DNA of 64,000 nt from Eledone cirrhosa (GCA_964016885.1 OZ024740.1:316820001-316884000); one strand, 5' to 3'; positions 26,601 through 40,600 are shown, numbered from the stretch's first letter. The notes: a model not told the origin generated them from the sequence alone. Program-made: numbers and translations.

Positions 26601-29600
26601 GCTTTCCCTGCTAGCAAGGGTTGGACAGGTCTACATAGACCAAGTCAGTACTGAAGTGGGGCTACTGACCTCCCAGAGAAGCCAAGGGGTCTGTATCCCA
26701 CTTACATACGGTCATGTCAAATGCAGAGAAATTGTTATATCTTTTGAAACAATAGGTAATTGCTGGCCTTGTGCTAGAAGTAGAATCAATTATTTACATA
26801 AGCAGGATTGACGTGCGCAAGTCCAAGGCCTTGACTAGTAGAGGTTTAGTAATAGAGAGGTAAAAATCGGTTATATTAAACTGGGTGAATTTAGTTCTGT
26901 TCTTAAATGGGATATCTTTGAACCAGGATATAACTGATGTTGTATTGTTCCAGAGTAACAGGTTCGTGTTGTTTATGATATGTGTGTTGATTTCTCCTAA
27001 TATGTTCTTAATGGCTAGCCCCTAATTCTGTTCTTGCTGGGTTTACATACATACACATGCACATATACACAATCATACATACACATATATAGATATATAC
27101 ATATAAACCTACTACGAAAATCTGTTTGTAGATCTGTGTGTATCTAGGGGGTCTGTATCCCACTTACATACGGTCATGTCAAATGCAGAGAAATTGTTAT
27201 ATCTTTTGAAACAAACTAAAGGGTCCTCCTAACCCTTTCTTTGGCAATCTTTCTACAGCTAGATGTCCTTCCTGACACTAACCACTTTACAGTGTGCACT
27301 GGGTGCGTTTAATGTGTAGATCACCAGCAATAGAGAGGCTGTCATGTCCTTGACACAACTAAAGGGTCCTCCCAACCCTTTATTTGGCAATCTTTCTACA
27401 GCTAGATGCCCTTCCTAACACCAACCACTTTACAGCATGTACTGTGTGCTTTTATTACATAGATCACCAACACTTAATATTTAATGAAATATTTATTTTT
27501 TCAGGCTGTCAATATGGATTTAGCTGAAGAGAATTCTCTTTATTCAAGTATGGTTGATGATTCCTTTTTCATTGTGAAAAAATCTGTGAGGTAATTAGAA
27601 CAATTTCATTAATTTAACCAATTAAGCATTTTTAATATTTAGTTTATCCATGCTTTAGTAGATCCAGCTTCAGCAGATCCAGCTTCAGCATTCAGTAATC
27701 AGAAGAAGGGAGGTAGTCGTAAAAGCCAAACTCACTGTCTTCAATTCGATTTTTGTGTCAACCCTTACCTATGGTCATGAATCTTGGATAATTACTGAAA
27801 AAATATGATCGCAAATACAAGCGACTGAAATGGGGTTCCTCCAAAGGGTCTTTGGAGTAACGTTACTTGATAGAGTGCGTAGCTCAGAGATCTGAGATTC
27901 ACTCCAGATAGAGCCACTGCTTCTCCGAATTGAGAGATCACATATCTGATATTATGGACATGTGGTTAGAATGTCTTAGGAAAGAATCGCTGGACAGATT
28001 TTATGGGCAAAACCAACCATCAGGAGACCCAGGGGTAGACCCTGGAGCAAGATGGTTGGATAACATCCATGAGCTTGGTTGGTCTTCTTGGGTATCCAGC
28101 TGGATCAGTTGGAGATGGTTGCTTCTGATAGGACCCGCTTCAAGGAGTGTTTGAGGACTCTGCCCCCACGACCCTCTCAGGAATTGGTGGGTGAAGAAGT
28201 TCATCCATGTCAATGTAATAAAAAATGTGAATAGAAAAATTAAGGCTGGAGATGAAAGAATGTGAATTGGTGGTTGAAGCTAGATGAAGTAGAGGTGAGA
28301 TAATAGGCTTAGCTTCTATGTTGAAATGATGTTGAATCAAAACATGTATAAAGTTGATGTGCTGTTGAGGTATTGATAATGGTTATACTATTTTGTATAA
28401 CTAAAAGCAACCAGAGATGTTTGATTTGGCAGTGTTGTTTGGGCACTGGATATTTTTTCCTGGTCTCTGCATTCCGAGTTCATATCCTGCCAAGGGCCAT
28501 GCTGCCTGTTATCCTTTCATAGTTAAAAAAAAGTGCCAGCCCAGTGATGATGAAGCTTTCTCTCCTTCCAGCTGACACATCCTGAATGTTCCACTAAATC
28601 GAGGGAGAGAGGGTTGAAAGGGTGTCTGTGTGTCTGACTGCATGGGACCCTAAAACCCTTAGCAAAAGCATGGTACATACTACCAGGTCATGCTCAATTG
28701 CGAGTAAGTGATAGCTGAAGTAAAATCAACCAAGTGGACTGAACTGAGGTGACTTGATTTTGGAGTTATTAGTTAGCTTAACCCTTAACATTACTCTATA
28801 TTTACTATTATATTTTCATTGTAAAGGCTTTACCTTACATAATATCAAATCTATGAGATTTTGATATTATTTATTTTGAAAACAATACCTTAACATCAAT
28901 ATGAGTGGCCGGTTACAGCCGGTTTGAACAGAAAGAGGTGAGAGAATTTTGGCCGGATATGGCTGGTTTAAATGCTAAAGGGTTAAGAGATGGAAGTGAT
29001 AAGATGGATATAAGATGTGCACTGATGTTTGCAGATAATAAGTTGATGGAGATAAGAATACAGGTAGATGTAGGTAAGATAATTACGTCAGGTATTTGTC
29101 TGTTAGGATTTACTGATGGATTAATGTAAAACAACAAAACACAATCTGGTTAAAAAAAAAACAACTTGGACTGTACCCATGACTTTTTCCTGAGAATCTC
29201 CAAAACTAGTAAAGAAAAGAGAAGAAACTGCAATTCATGGGTTGAACACTTGCAACAGAGTGATCTCTGCTAAAGACACAGAAGAGCCAGACGATGGAGT
29301 TAAACCAGACAACATACTATGTCGTTTGCCACTCAAAAACATACTGTCTATCTAACAGGCTTCCACATAGTTTCTGTCTACCTAATTTTACTCATAAGGT
29401 TTGAGTAAATCTAAGTTATGGTACAAGACACTTGTCCAATACACAGTGAGATTGAACCTGTAAACACTTAATGTGGTTCCATGTGGTATAGGACATTGAG
29501 AGTTAGCAATAATTATGGTTTAACAAAGTATTTACTGTATATACTCAAATATAATTCCCCCCCACCTGTTTTATGTCTGAGAAATAGGTGAAAATCCAAA

Positions 29601-31405
29601 CGCCGTTTATAAACCGAGGCAGCTAATCAAAACATTGTTTAGATGGCATATATATGCCAACTTCCCATTTTACCATTGAATTTTTTTTATCACATATTCC
29701 ACAGCTTATATTCAAGTATATACAGTCATTTTAATCAATATCCTAACTTCCCTTTGCTATCTTAACCACTTTGATCTCTGATTAGTTATGTAAAATATTG
29801 TCCTTTCATTGTAATGAAATGTTTCTGTTTTTTGTTGCAGACGATCTATTTCTAGTTCTAGTGTTGATGGTGTTTGTGCCATGTTGAATCATGCCTGCAC
29901 TATATTGGAGCAAGACTTCCGAGAAACTCTTTATTCAAAATTACGACCCGGTTTTCCTTCAGGCTTTGATTTTAGCCAAGCTTACAATTTAATGCAGTCA
30001 AGTTTTCAACAAGGCAAATTGAGTTCAGACACTGAGAAGGCTAAAGCAATTTTCTTGGTAAATATATTTTATAAAAGTATTATATAATGCATAAAATTTT
30101 AGATATGTGGTTTCCTATGATATTGGCAATGTGCAAGTGCTCTGAGGTCTTGGATTTTTAGCTCCAATTCTCTCATTGAGCAATCATAGAGCCACATGAT
30201 CATTATATATTATATATCAATCTCCTTTGATATATATATATATTATATAACAAATGAAGTGTGGTAAGGAACCAGATGGACCATAACGCACCAGAGTACT
30301 CAATACTTAGGGTAGTAGAGTGGGTAATAGGAAAATGTTTAACCCCGACGGCAGAGCTCAAGCCGTTTCAACGGCTATTTCAGAAATAGCCGTCGAAATG
30401 GCTTCAGCTCTGCCGTCGGGGTTAAACATTTAGCCATAGAAAGCTGGTGGAAACATCTGGCTTTCTAGGTCCCTGAACCACCTCCCTACATGCTACTATT
30501 GGAACAGTGAGCCCTATGTGTTGGAATGGCTCTTCCAATGTGTCTCCCTCACTATCCTCTGGGGTAGTTATTTCTCTATTCTGTCTACTGGGACCATGGT
30601 ATGGTATATGTCTTTGGGTTCTGTACACCAAGAACAAAACATAAAGAAAGCAATTTAGTCAAATTGAATTCTTATAGATTTGATATAATAAAATGTTTTT
30701 GCATTATTTAGTAAGTGTAGATTACTAGGTTGATTGGCAGTAATTGGTAGAGCGTTGGACAACATGTTTGTGGCATAGAGTTGCATCTCTTTACATTCTG
30801 AGTTCAAATCCCATTGAGATAAGCTTTGCTTTTCATCCCTATGGGGGTCGTTAAAATAAAGTACCAGTAATGCACTGGGGTCGATTTAATCGGTTTTCCC
30901 CTCCCTCCAAATTCCTGGCCTTGTGCCTTAATCAGAAACCATTATTTAGTAAGTGTACATTACTAAGTAGATTGCTATTAATCGGTAGAGCATTGGACGA
31001 AATGTATTGTAACATAGTTACGGCCTTTTACATTCCGTATTCAAATCTTGCCGAGGTTAGCTTTGCATTTCATCCTTACGGGGTCAATAAAATAAAGTAC
31101 CAGTAATGCACTGGGACTGATTTAATCAACTTTTCCCTCCCCTTCCAATTGCTGGCTTTGTGTCAAATGTAGAAACAATTATTTAGTAATTGTATTGAAA
31201 TTTATAGTAAAATAAATCTAATTGGAAATGAAATAAATGAACCATTGACTGAAAGATTAATATATGTTGAAAGCAATTTAGGAAGTTTATTGAAATAATT
31301 GCTTTTTACTTCACAGATAACTCTGAACAATGCAGAAGCTAGTTGTGATTATATTAAATCACTTCACAACAGTTTAGAGGTTAGTATTTGTAACAAACCA
31401 TTCTG

Positions 31406-31456
<51 letters not shown>

Positions 31457-31860
31457 CATCATGAATCATTATCATGATTTTATGTCCGCTTTTCCCTGCT
31501 TGCAAGGGTGGGACGGGAACTGATTCTGGCTTGATTTCTACAGCTGGATGCCCTTCCTAACACCAACCTCATTTACAGTGAGTGCTGGGTGCTTTTTTTG
31601 CCGTAGCACCTCCACGACCACATTACAGTCCCTATCATCTCATTTCTACAGCTGAGTAAACTGGAGCAACGTGAAATAAAGTGTCTTGCTCAAGGAAACA
31701 ATACATCACCCAGTCCAAGAATTGAACTCACAACCTTTCGATTGCAAGCCTTAATGCTCTAACCACTAAACCATGCGCCTTCACATATATATATACACAC
31801 ACACACATATATATATATATGCTAGCGTGGAAGATAGACTTAAACGATGATGATGATGAT

Positions 31861-31892
<32 letters not shown>

Positions 31893-32635
31893 CAAAAAAA
31901 CATTCCACGCTGTAATGTGATCATGTAGGTAACACGGTAAAAAGCTCCCAGTCCACACTGGAAATGTGGTTGGTGTTAGGAAGGGCATCCAACCGTAGAA
32001 AACCTGCCAAATAGTCCTATACGAGCGAGACACGGTCACCTGACCAATCTTACCTCAAATGGGACAATTCCCGTCTAACCCATGCTAACATGGAAGATAG
32101 ACATTAAACAATGATGATGATATCTATATACATAAAGTTGTATTCCTGTCTGTTTGTTTGTTTATTCACGAACTACTCCTATGGTTTCGGAGATAGACCC
32201 CCATAACCATATATATTCTGAAACTACATTGCCCAGGATACTTGGATAAGTATATTTCATTTTAATCAAAGGCTTCCCCGGGGGCACAAACCCCCGCTGA
32301 AAAACCTCCTGAAAATGTTTCCCCTTCGATTTATATGAAATTTAAACCATAGGTAAATGACAAGATATGATGCCTACTCACAAAAGTTTTGAATTGATAT
32401 TTTGAAAAAAATTATTTACAAGAAACAAAATAAGAATAACATTTAATAATGTAATTTTGATTTGATATATTACAAAAAATAATGTTTTCCAATTTTTCAT
32501 GCATTACATTTTACATAGAGTAATATTGAAATGCAGAGTTTTTCTCCATAAATTATATCAACTGATTTAAAATCAATCATCATTTTCTTAGAAAAAAAAT
32601 GTGTGAAACGCAGCAAGGCGCGGGTAATTCAGCTA

Positions 32636-32674
<39 letters not shown>

Positions 32675-35600
32675 GTAGTGGGATCACAGGTAAACTATCT
32701 AAGAACGTAGACTTTATATGTGGCCGATGCTCAGGTGCGATAAGTAGCAAGTGCCCACAGGACACTAGCCCCTTCTATTGCCCAGATGGCTCTATAGAAA
32801 TAGTAGACACTTTCTGTTACCTGGGTGACAAAATCAGCAGTGGTGGAGGGTGTTCTGAAAGTACAGTAGCCAGAGTCAGAATGGGATGGAAAAAGTTCAG
32901 AGAGTTTATACCGCTGTTGGCCACAAAAGGTTTCTCTCTAAAAATGAAAGGCAGATTGTATGATGCCTGTATACAAACAGCAATGCTATATGGCAGTGAG
33001 ACATGGGCATTACGTGCAGAGGACCTGCATAGACTGGAAAGGAACGAAGCATGCATGCTCCGTTGGATGTGTAATAGTAACATACGTGAACAGCAGAGCA
33101 TAAATGAACTAAGTAAGAAACTAGGAATAAGAGGGATCAGATGCTGTTTACTTGAGAGAAGACTATGTTGGTATGACCACGTGATGCGCATGAAAGACGA
33201 CAGCTGTATAAAAAAGTGCAGGGCGATCAAAATTGATGGTAGTTACGGAGTAGGTAGACCCAGAAAAACCTGGGACGATCTGATAAATTCCGACCTTACA
33301 CACTTGCACCTCTCTAAGACAATGTCACTGGACCGAGATCTTTGGCGCTATGCAGTAATACAGAAGACCCGCCTTGCCTATGTACAAAGCGAAACCTACA
33401 GCCAGTAGGCACCTCTTAACCAAATATACACCCCAATCCACTACCCCTACCCTATCCTCCCACTCCCACCAACACCACCCCCTCTCTACAAAGTTGGTAC
33501 CACAACATCCAGTCCAAATAAATGAGATAAATGAGATCGAGATCATGTAGGTGTCACGAGAAATAAACACACAGTCCACTTTATAATGTGGCCGTGTAGG
33601 TAGCACGGTAAAAAGTTCCCAGTTCCACACTGTAAATGTGGTTGGTGTTAGGAAGGGCATCCAGCCGTAGAAAACCTGCCAGATAGTCCTATATGAGCGA
33701 GACACGGTCACCTGACCAACCTTGCCTCAAGTGGGACAACTCCCGTCTAACCCATGCTAGCGTGGAAAGTGGACGTTAAACGAGGATGATGATATATATG
33801 CGAGACTAGTCGTAGGTAAACATCTTAGCTATAAGCTTTTCTGGGTAGGTAAGAATGATGGGTTAGGGGGAGTAGGCATTTTCCTGGCTGAGAGATGGAT
33901 CAATAAGACAATAGAGGTAGTTCGAGTTAGTAATCGAATAATTAAGCTTAGATCAGTTGTAGGCAGGAGACTACTGACAATCATCTCTGCCTATGCTCCC
34001 CAAGCAGGCCTAGGCAAAGATGAGAAAGACTGCTTTTACGAGCAACTTTTACAAACAACCGCAATGACAGAGGACGGAGACATTGTTATGCTAGCAGGGG
34101 ACTTCAATGGTCATGTTGGACAGCTCCAGGATGGTTACACTGGGGTACATGGTGGGCACGGTTACGGCTCAAGAAATGAAGGAGTGAAACTTCTTGAATT
34201 TTGTGATGCAAGTACACTGACTATTTGCAACACAAACTTCCAGAAACCTGCCAACCACCTAATAACCTACAAATCTGGCGAGCACATAAGCCAGATTGAC
34301 TTCTTACTAGTTAGGCAGCGGAACAGGCAGATAGTGTCTAATACCAAGGCATACCCTGGGAAAGAATGTACCCCACAGCATAGGTTAGTCGTTAGTGATA
34401 TTTCAGTAAGCAAGAGATGGAATGAGATATACAGGAAGGTGTGGAGAAGAAAGGTCTGGAAGCTAAAAGACCTTTCACTAAAATACACATTTAGGAAAGC
34501 CCTTCAGGATGTGTATGACGAAAAAGAAGACGATTTAGAGACGTATGACATAGATAATAATTGGAATTTCTTACGTGACAACTTACTGCAGGCTACTGAT
34601 GAAACTTGTGGATGGAGCAAAGCTCCAACCAGACAGAGAGTGACCTGGTGGTGGAACAGCACAGTAGATAAGTCCATTAGAGACAAAAGACTAGCATGGA
34701 AGGCTTGGAAAAAGGGTGGGAGTAGGGAAGAATATACAGCTGCTAAGAGAGAAGCTAGACATCAGGTGTACTTAGCACGCAGGGAGGCTGAGAGTAGGAG
34801 GTTTGCCAATGTTCTGCGACAGGAAGATCTGAGGCGTGCGGTGTTCCACATTGCAAGGCAGTGTGTCAATGCAAATCAGGATGTTGTTGGAAATAAATGT
34901 GTCCAGAATGATGCCGGTGTACTTAGTGTCATGAATGATCAGAAAAAGGGGGCCTGGAAATGTCATTATGAGAGACTGATGAATGTGAAGAACGAATGGG
35001 AGAGAGAGAAATTACCCTCAGTAGATCCAACAGAGGGACCAGCTATTGAGATTGACGAATATAGGGTCCACGAGGCGATTAAGGAAATGAAAAATGGTAA
35101 GGCTGCTGGACCATCGGGAATAGTTGCTGAGATGCTGAAGGCATCAGGGGACGTAGGCACTAAACTGGTTGCACGCATCATCAATCAGGCTATATATGGT
35201 GGTGTCATACCCAAAGACTGGTGCGGCAGTATTCCCAAATTGCTACAAAGGTAAAGGGGATGCTCTGGAGAGGAGCAATTATAGGGGTATAAAACTGAGG
35301 GATCAGGTTATGAAAGTGGCAGAAAGGATATTAGCACAACTAATTAGAGAAAGGGTCAAATTAGATGAGATGCAGTTTGATTTTGTGCCTGGGAAGAGTA
35401 CAACAGATGCCCTCTTCTTGGTGAGACAATTGCAAGAGAGGTTCTTAGAGAAAAATAAGCAACTATACTTAGCCTTTGTTGACCTAAAGAAGGCCTTTGA
35501 TAGGGTACCCCGATCTGTCATCTGGTGGTCCCTAAGGAAACTAGATGTTGAGGAATGGCTTGTGAGGACAGTGCAAACTTTGTACAGAGGTGCTGTCAGT

Positions 35601-36730
35601 AGGAATTGAGTTTAGTGAGGAATTCCAGATGCAAGTAGGAGTACATCAAGGTTTGGTCCTCAGCCCGCTCTTGTTCATTATAATCCTCCAAGCCATAACA
35701 GAAGTTTAAGACTGGCTTTCCATGGGAACTTCTCTATGCTGACGATCTGGTTCTTATAGCAGAATCAGTAGAGGAGCAAGAGAATAAATTCTGGCTATGG
35801 AAACAGCAGTTGGAAGCAAGAGGACTGAGAGTGAACCTAGCTAAGACAAAAGTGTTGATGAGTAGAAAAGAGGACAAAACCCTGATTCCGTCAGGGAAAT
35901 GGCCATGTTCGATATGCAGAAAAGGAACTGGCATAAATTCTATAAAATGTACACAATACAGATCCTGGGTACACAAGAGATGTAGCGGGATAGCAGGCAA
36001 TCTAACAGGTAGGGAGAAATATGTATGCAGTAGATGTACAGGGAAATTAGACAGTAGAAGTCGCATTGATAGACACATTTTTCAAATACAGGCACGTGCT
36101 ATAGAAGTGGTGGATAGCTTCCAGTACCTAGGAGATCAGATTAGCATTGGAGGGGGGGGGGGAGTGTTCCGAGGCCATAGTATCTAGAATAAGGACGGGT
36201 TGGAAGAAGTTTAGGGAGCTGCTTCCTCTGCTGACGAAGAAGGGTTTCTCCCTGCGTACGAATGCCGGTTATATGATGCCTGTGTGAGGAACGCGATGCT
36301 GTATGGTAGTGAGTCATGGGCAGCAACTGCAGAGGATATGTGACGACTGGAGAGAAATGAGGCAAGCATGCTCCGTTGGATGTGCAGTGTCAATGTGTGT
36401 GAACGACCCAGCATGAATATGTTGAGAGAGAAACTGTGTCTGAGAGGGATAGAATGTAATGTACAGGAGAGAAGACAGGTGGTATGGACATGTGATGCGC
36501 ATGGAGGATGACCGATGGGTGAAGAAGTGCCAGGAAATGCCAATTGAAGGAAGATGTGGTAGAGGTAGACTACGAAAAACATGGGCGGAAGTTGTGAGAA
36601 CAGACCTCAGATCGCTGAAGCTCACGGTGGAGATGACGAAGGACCGCGACAAGTGGAGAGATGCTGTGCTGAATAAGACCCATCCCAGCCTTGCAAGCAA
36701 GGAAGAGCGGACGTAAAATGATGATGATGA

Positions 36731-36769
<39 letters not shown>

Positions 36770-37165
36770 TAACAAATGGAAACTATATTTATAAAACCAT
36801 ATTTATTTCATTATACATATTTCAAGGGCCACCAAGGCAGATTATGGTGCGCTTTCATCAGATAAAATATAATATAGATTAGTTTTATAAATAAATATTG
36901 ACATACCCTGAAAAATGCAACCTTCATTTTTCAGGGTATGTCAATATTTATGTATAAAACTAATCTATATTATATTTTATCTGATGAAAGCGCACCATAA
37001 TCTGCCTTGGTGGCCCTTGAAATATGTATAATGAAATAAATATGGTTTTATAAATATAGTTTCCATTTGTTAATATATTGTATATTTACTCCAATAATTT
37101 GTTGAGTGCTTTATATCAGTTATAAAAATATTTTGCTTGTTGTATCCCAACAAATTAAATATAAC

Positions 37166-37212
<47 letters not shown>

Positions 37213-37563
37213 TAGAGTGGAACCTCGGTTCATGAACTTAATTCGTTCCTGAAGGTTGTTCATCACCTGAAATGTCCCTAACCTAAAACTATTTTTCCCA
37301 TACAAAATGTTGAGAGAGAAATACAAAGAGCGAGAGAGCGGGACTGTGTGTGAAAGACAGATAGATATCACCATAGTAACTAACTACACAGCAAGTGATG
37401 CTTTCCTGCCGATACTCCCAGCTTGTTGCCAACTGTTGTTGATGGCTGCATCTTTGTTACTCAAGACAGTATTTGTCAACCAAGACATTATATGTTCAGA
37501 AAAATTGTTTGTGAGCCAATTTGTTTGTGATGAGAGGCATTCATGAACCAAGGTTCTACTGTA

Positions 37564-37601
<38 letters not shown>

Positions 37602-40600
37602 ATCATCATCATCTTTTAATGTCTATTTTCCACGCTAGCATGAGTTAGACGAGTTGTCTGTTGTGAGACAGCTCGGTTGGAGGACCGTGTTTTGCTTACA
37701 CAGAACTGATTTTGGCTTGGTTTCTATAGCTGGATGCCCACATCACAAGCTAAATAAGAAACCTAGTAAACTTAAGGAAAACTCCTAAAATTATGTAGCA
37801 CAGGCTTTGGAGGACTCTTCAGCTGTGTCAAAGACAATTTAACATTACTTGTGCTGGTGCCACAATAAAACATACCCAGTGTGCTTATATAAGTAAGATG
37901 TGAGCCCTTGGCCTATCTGGTTAGGTACTGACTTGATCTGTGACAACCCCTCCAAGCCTTGCTAGCTGGGAAAGCAAACATTAAATAATGATGGTGGTGA
38001 TGATGTTGATGATGAGGATGGTGATGATGAGGATGGTGATGATGAGGATGATGATGATGATGATAATGACGGCGACCACCACCATCAACATCATCTCAGA
38101 CCTTTTTTTATTTCAAACTTCCTTTTCAATGTCTGACCTACTTACAATATCCACATGAATTGTTTTACTGTTGGCCTAAAATCTTTCTTGTTGATATTTT
38201 TTATTAGGCTGAAGTTTCACAGCTTTTCAGACAGTGTAGTGAACAAAACAAAGCTAAACTGGAGGTACGTATTTTTTAGTAATCACTCAACCATACCTAT
38301 GATGATATTACGTCTTTATCGTTTTTATGTCTGTTTTTCCATGCTTGCATGGGTTGGACATACCTCAATACAATTGTGTTGGACCTTCATCGCTTTCAAT
38401 GATGATTGTTTTAGTTGTTTGAACAACAGAATATCCTACTCATGAAATTAGCATGCATGTGGCTGAGGCTTCCACAGACATGTGTACCTTTAACGTAATT
38501 CTCAGGGAGATTCAGCATGACACAGAATGTGACACAGCTGGCCCTTTTAATAATAATAGTGATAATGAAATTATTGTGCTCAGGTGCACTACAACTCATC
38601 AAAGGTACATGTATAGTACATAGAATAATGTACAAGTGTCAGGAAAGTGAATAGTGTATGAGTCATTATATACACACAGACACATGCATGTGTGTGTGGA
38701 GAAGGAATATCAGGTGTAGTGTTGGTGAATTTCAGAAAACATGGAAGTCTTAAAGATGCAACTCATTTTTTTTTCTGAGTGAACTGGAGCAATGTGAAAT
38801 AATGTGTCAGGCGCAAGGAAACAACACACTGCTGGGAATCAAACTCATGATGTTATGATCATGAACTGAACACCCTAACCACTAAGCCACCTTCCTCAGT
38901 ACAATGTAACATACTAGTCTCTTATTCCACATTTTTACTTGTCTGTACATTCCTTTATCCTTCTTCTACTAGTTTCAGTAATTGGAGAGTGGCCACACTG
39001 GAGCATTCACTGTCTTCCGTGATTTTAGGCTTTTTTTTTTCATGCTCAGAGTTGCTGAAGCATGGAACAAACTACTTGCATCAGTTGTTAGCTGTCAGGA
39101 CACTGCATCTTTCAAAACCTTCATGCTTCCCAAAATTTGCCAACACTACACCTGATATTCCCCACTCCATACACACGTACGCATGTGTATGTGTGTGTCT
39201 GTGTGTATCATATTTCATACACTGTTCACTTTCCTGACATTCATACATTATTCTGTGTACTATACATGCACCTGTGAGGAGTTGTAGTGCACCTGAGCAC
39301 TGTACACAATAATTTCATTATTATATTGACTTCAGTACTTTGTCAGATATTATATTTCATTGATCTTATAAGGACTAATGGCTAAGTTGACCCGGGAGTA
39401 AAGGAATGCAACGAGAATGTAATTAGTGCAAGATGTTTTTGTTTGCCATTCTATTGTTGATTCTGCCATCCCATACTGGGTTGTGTGTGTCTGTGTCTGT
39501 GTGCGTGTTTTGTTTGCCTATGTGTGTCTGTGTGTGTGCATCCATGTGTGTGTCTGTATGTGTGTATGTATGTGTGCATGTGTATATATGTATGTGTTTG
39601 TGTGTGATATCTAGACACATGAATCAAACCTGAATTCTAATATTATCACTATGAGAATAATTAGATTTGTCTAATTAGGACAATTATTCATTGAGAATGC
39701 TCTACAACAAATTATGGAGTTAGTCTTATGACCAGTGTATATGTGAAATACAGAGGCATATCTAGGGCATGGTAAGCATGTCATGTGCCATGGGTGCCAC
39801 TTGAAAGGGGCTGCTACCTTGACTAGGAGCACTTTCTGTTAAAGTCAGATAAGCTATTGTCAGTGAAAAAAAGAAACTCCTTCAGATGTATGATCTGTCT
39901 TTGATTATCATGGGTGAGAACACTATGGTGGCTGGATCATTAAACTATTTATATAAATTATTAGGCCCATAGGTAAATATACAGTGCTGGAGGCATACCT
40001 CATAGTATGACTTGTCAAATATTTTAATAGAGTTTTAATATTTGTCAAAGATCAGTATTACACAGATCGCTCCCAATAAATACACTAACACTTTTGCAAA
40101 TACTTTACATATACTTAAGTATAAAGGATACATATAGAACAAATGAAAATGCAGTTCAATACCCTACACCCTCATTTATTTAAACTACACTGTCAATCCC
40201 ATTGTCAAACAACTACTATATAGCTTGCTGCATGGGCAGGGGTGCAATTTCAATGTTTTCCATAAGCGATATTTTCCCTTGTTACACTTCTGGTGAAATA
40301 TATAAATGAAAAGATTTGTCAAAGACCTGACAACCTCTTCAGTACTTGTGCCACAATAAAATCCACTCAGTAGAGTACAGGAGCATACAAGGATCAGCTG
40401 AAAAGTTCACAGGCTAACCAAGATACTCTCATGGAATGACCAAATGAAGTTTATTTTTCAACATGGAAAGAAACAATGCACTTATTAATAAGAAGAGTTG
40501 AAAGTAATGCATGCAAGATTTCACAGCTCTAGCATGAATCCTATATACTCAGCTTATGAACTTTTCAGTCTACCCTCGTATGTAAGCAAAATGCTCAGTA

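Noticed and set aside
32599-35609. Long ORFs (269, 396 and 146 aa) as host genes
   Set aside because: Pieces of RTE LINE ORFs, 5'-truncated and frameshifted; the 32599 start lies in a Helitron end and microsatellite
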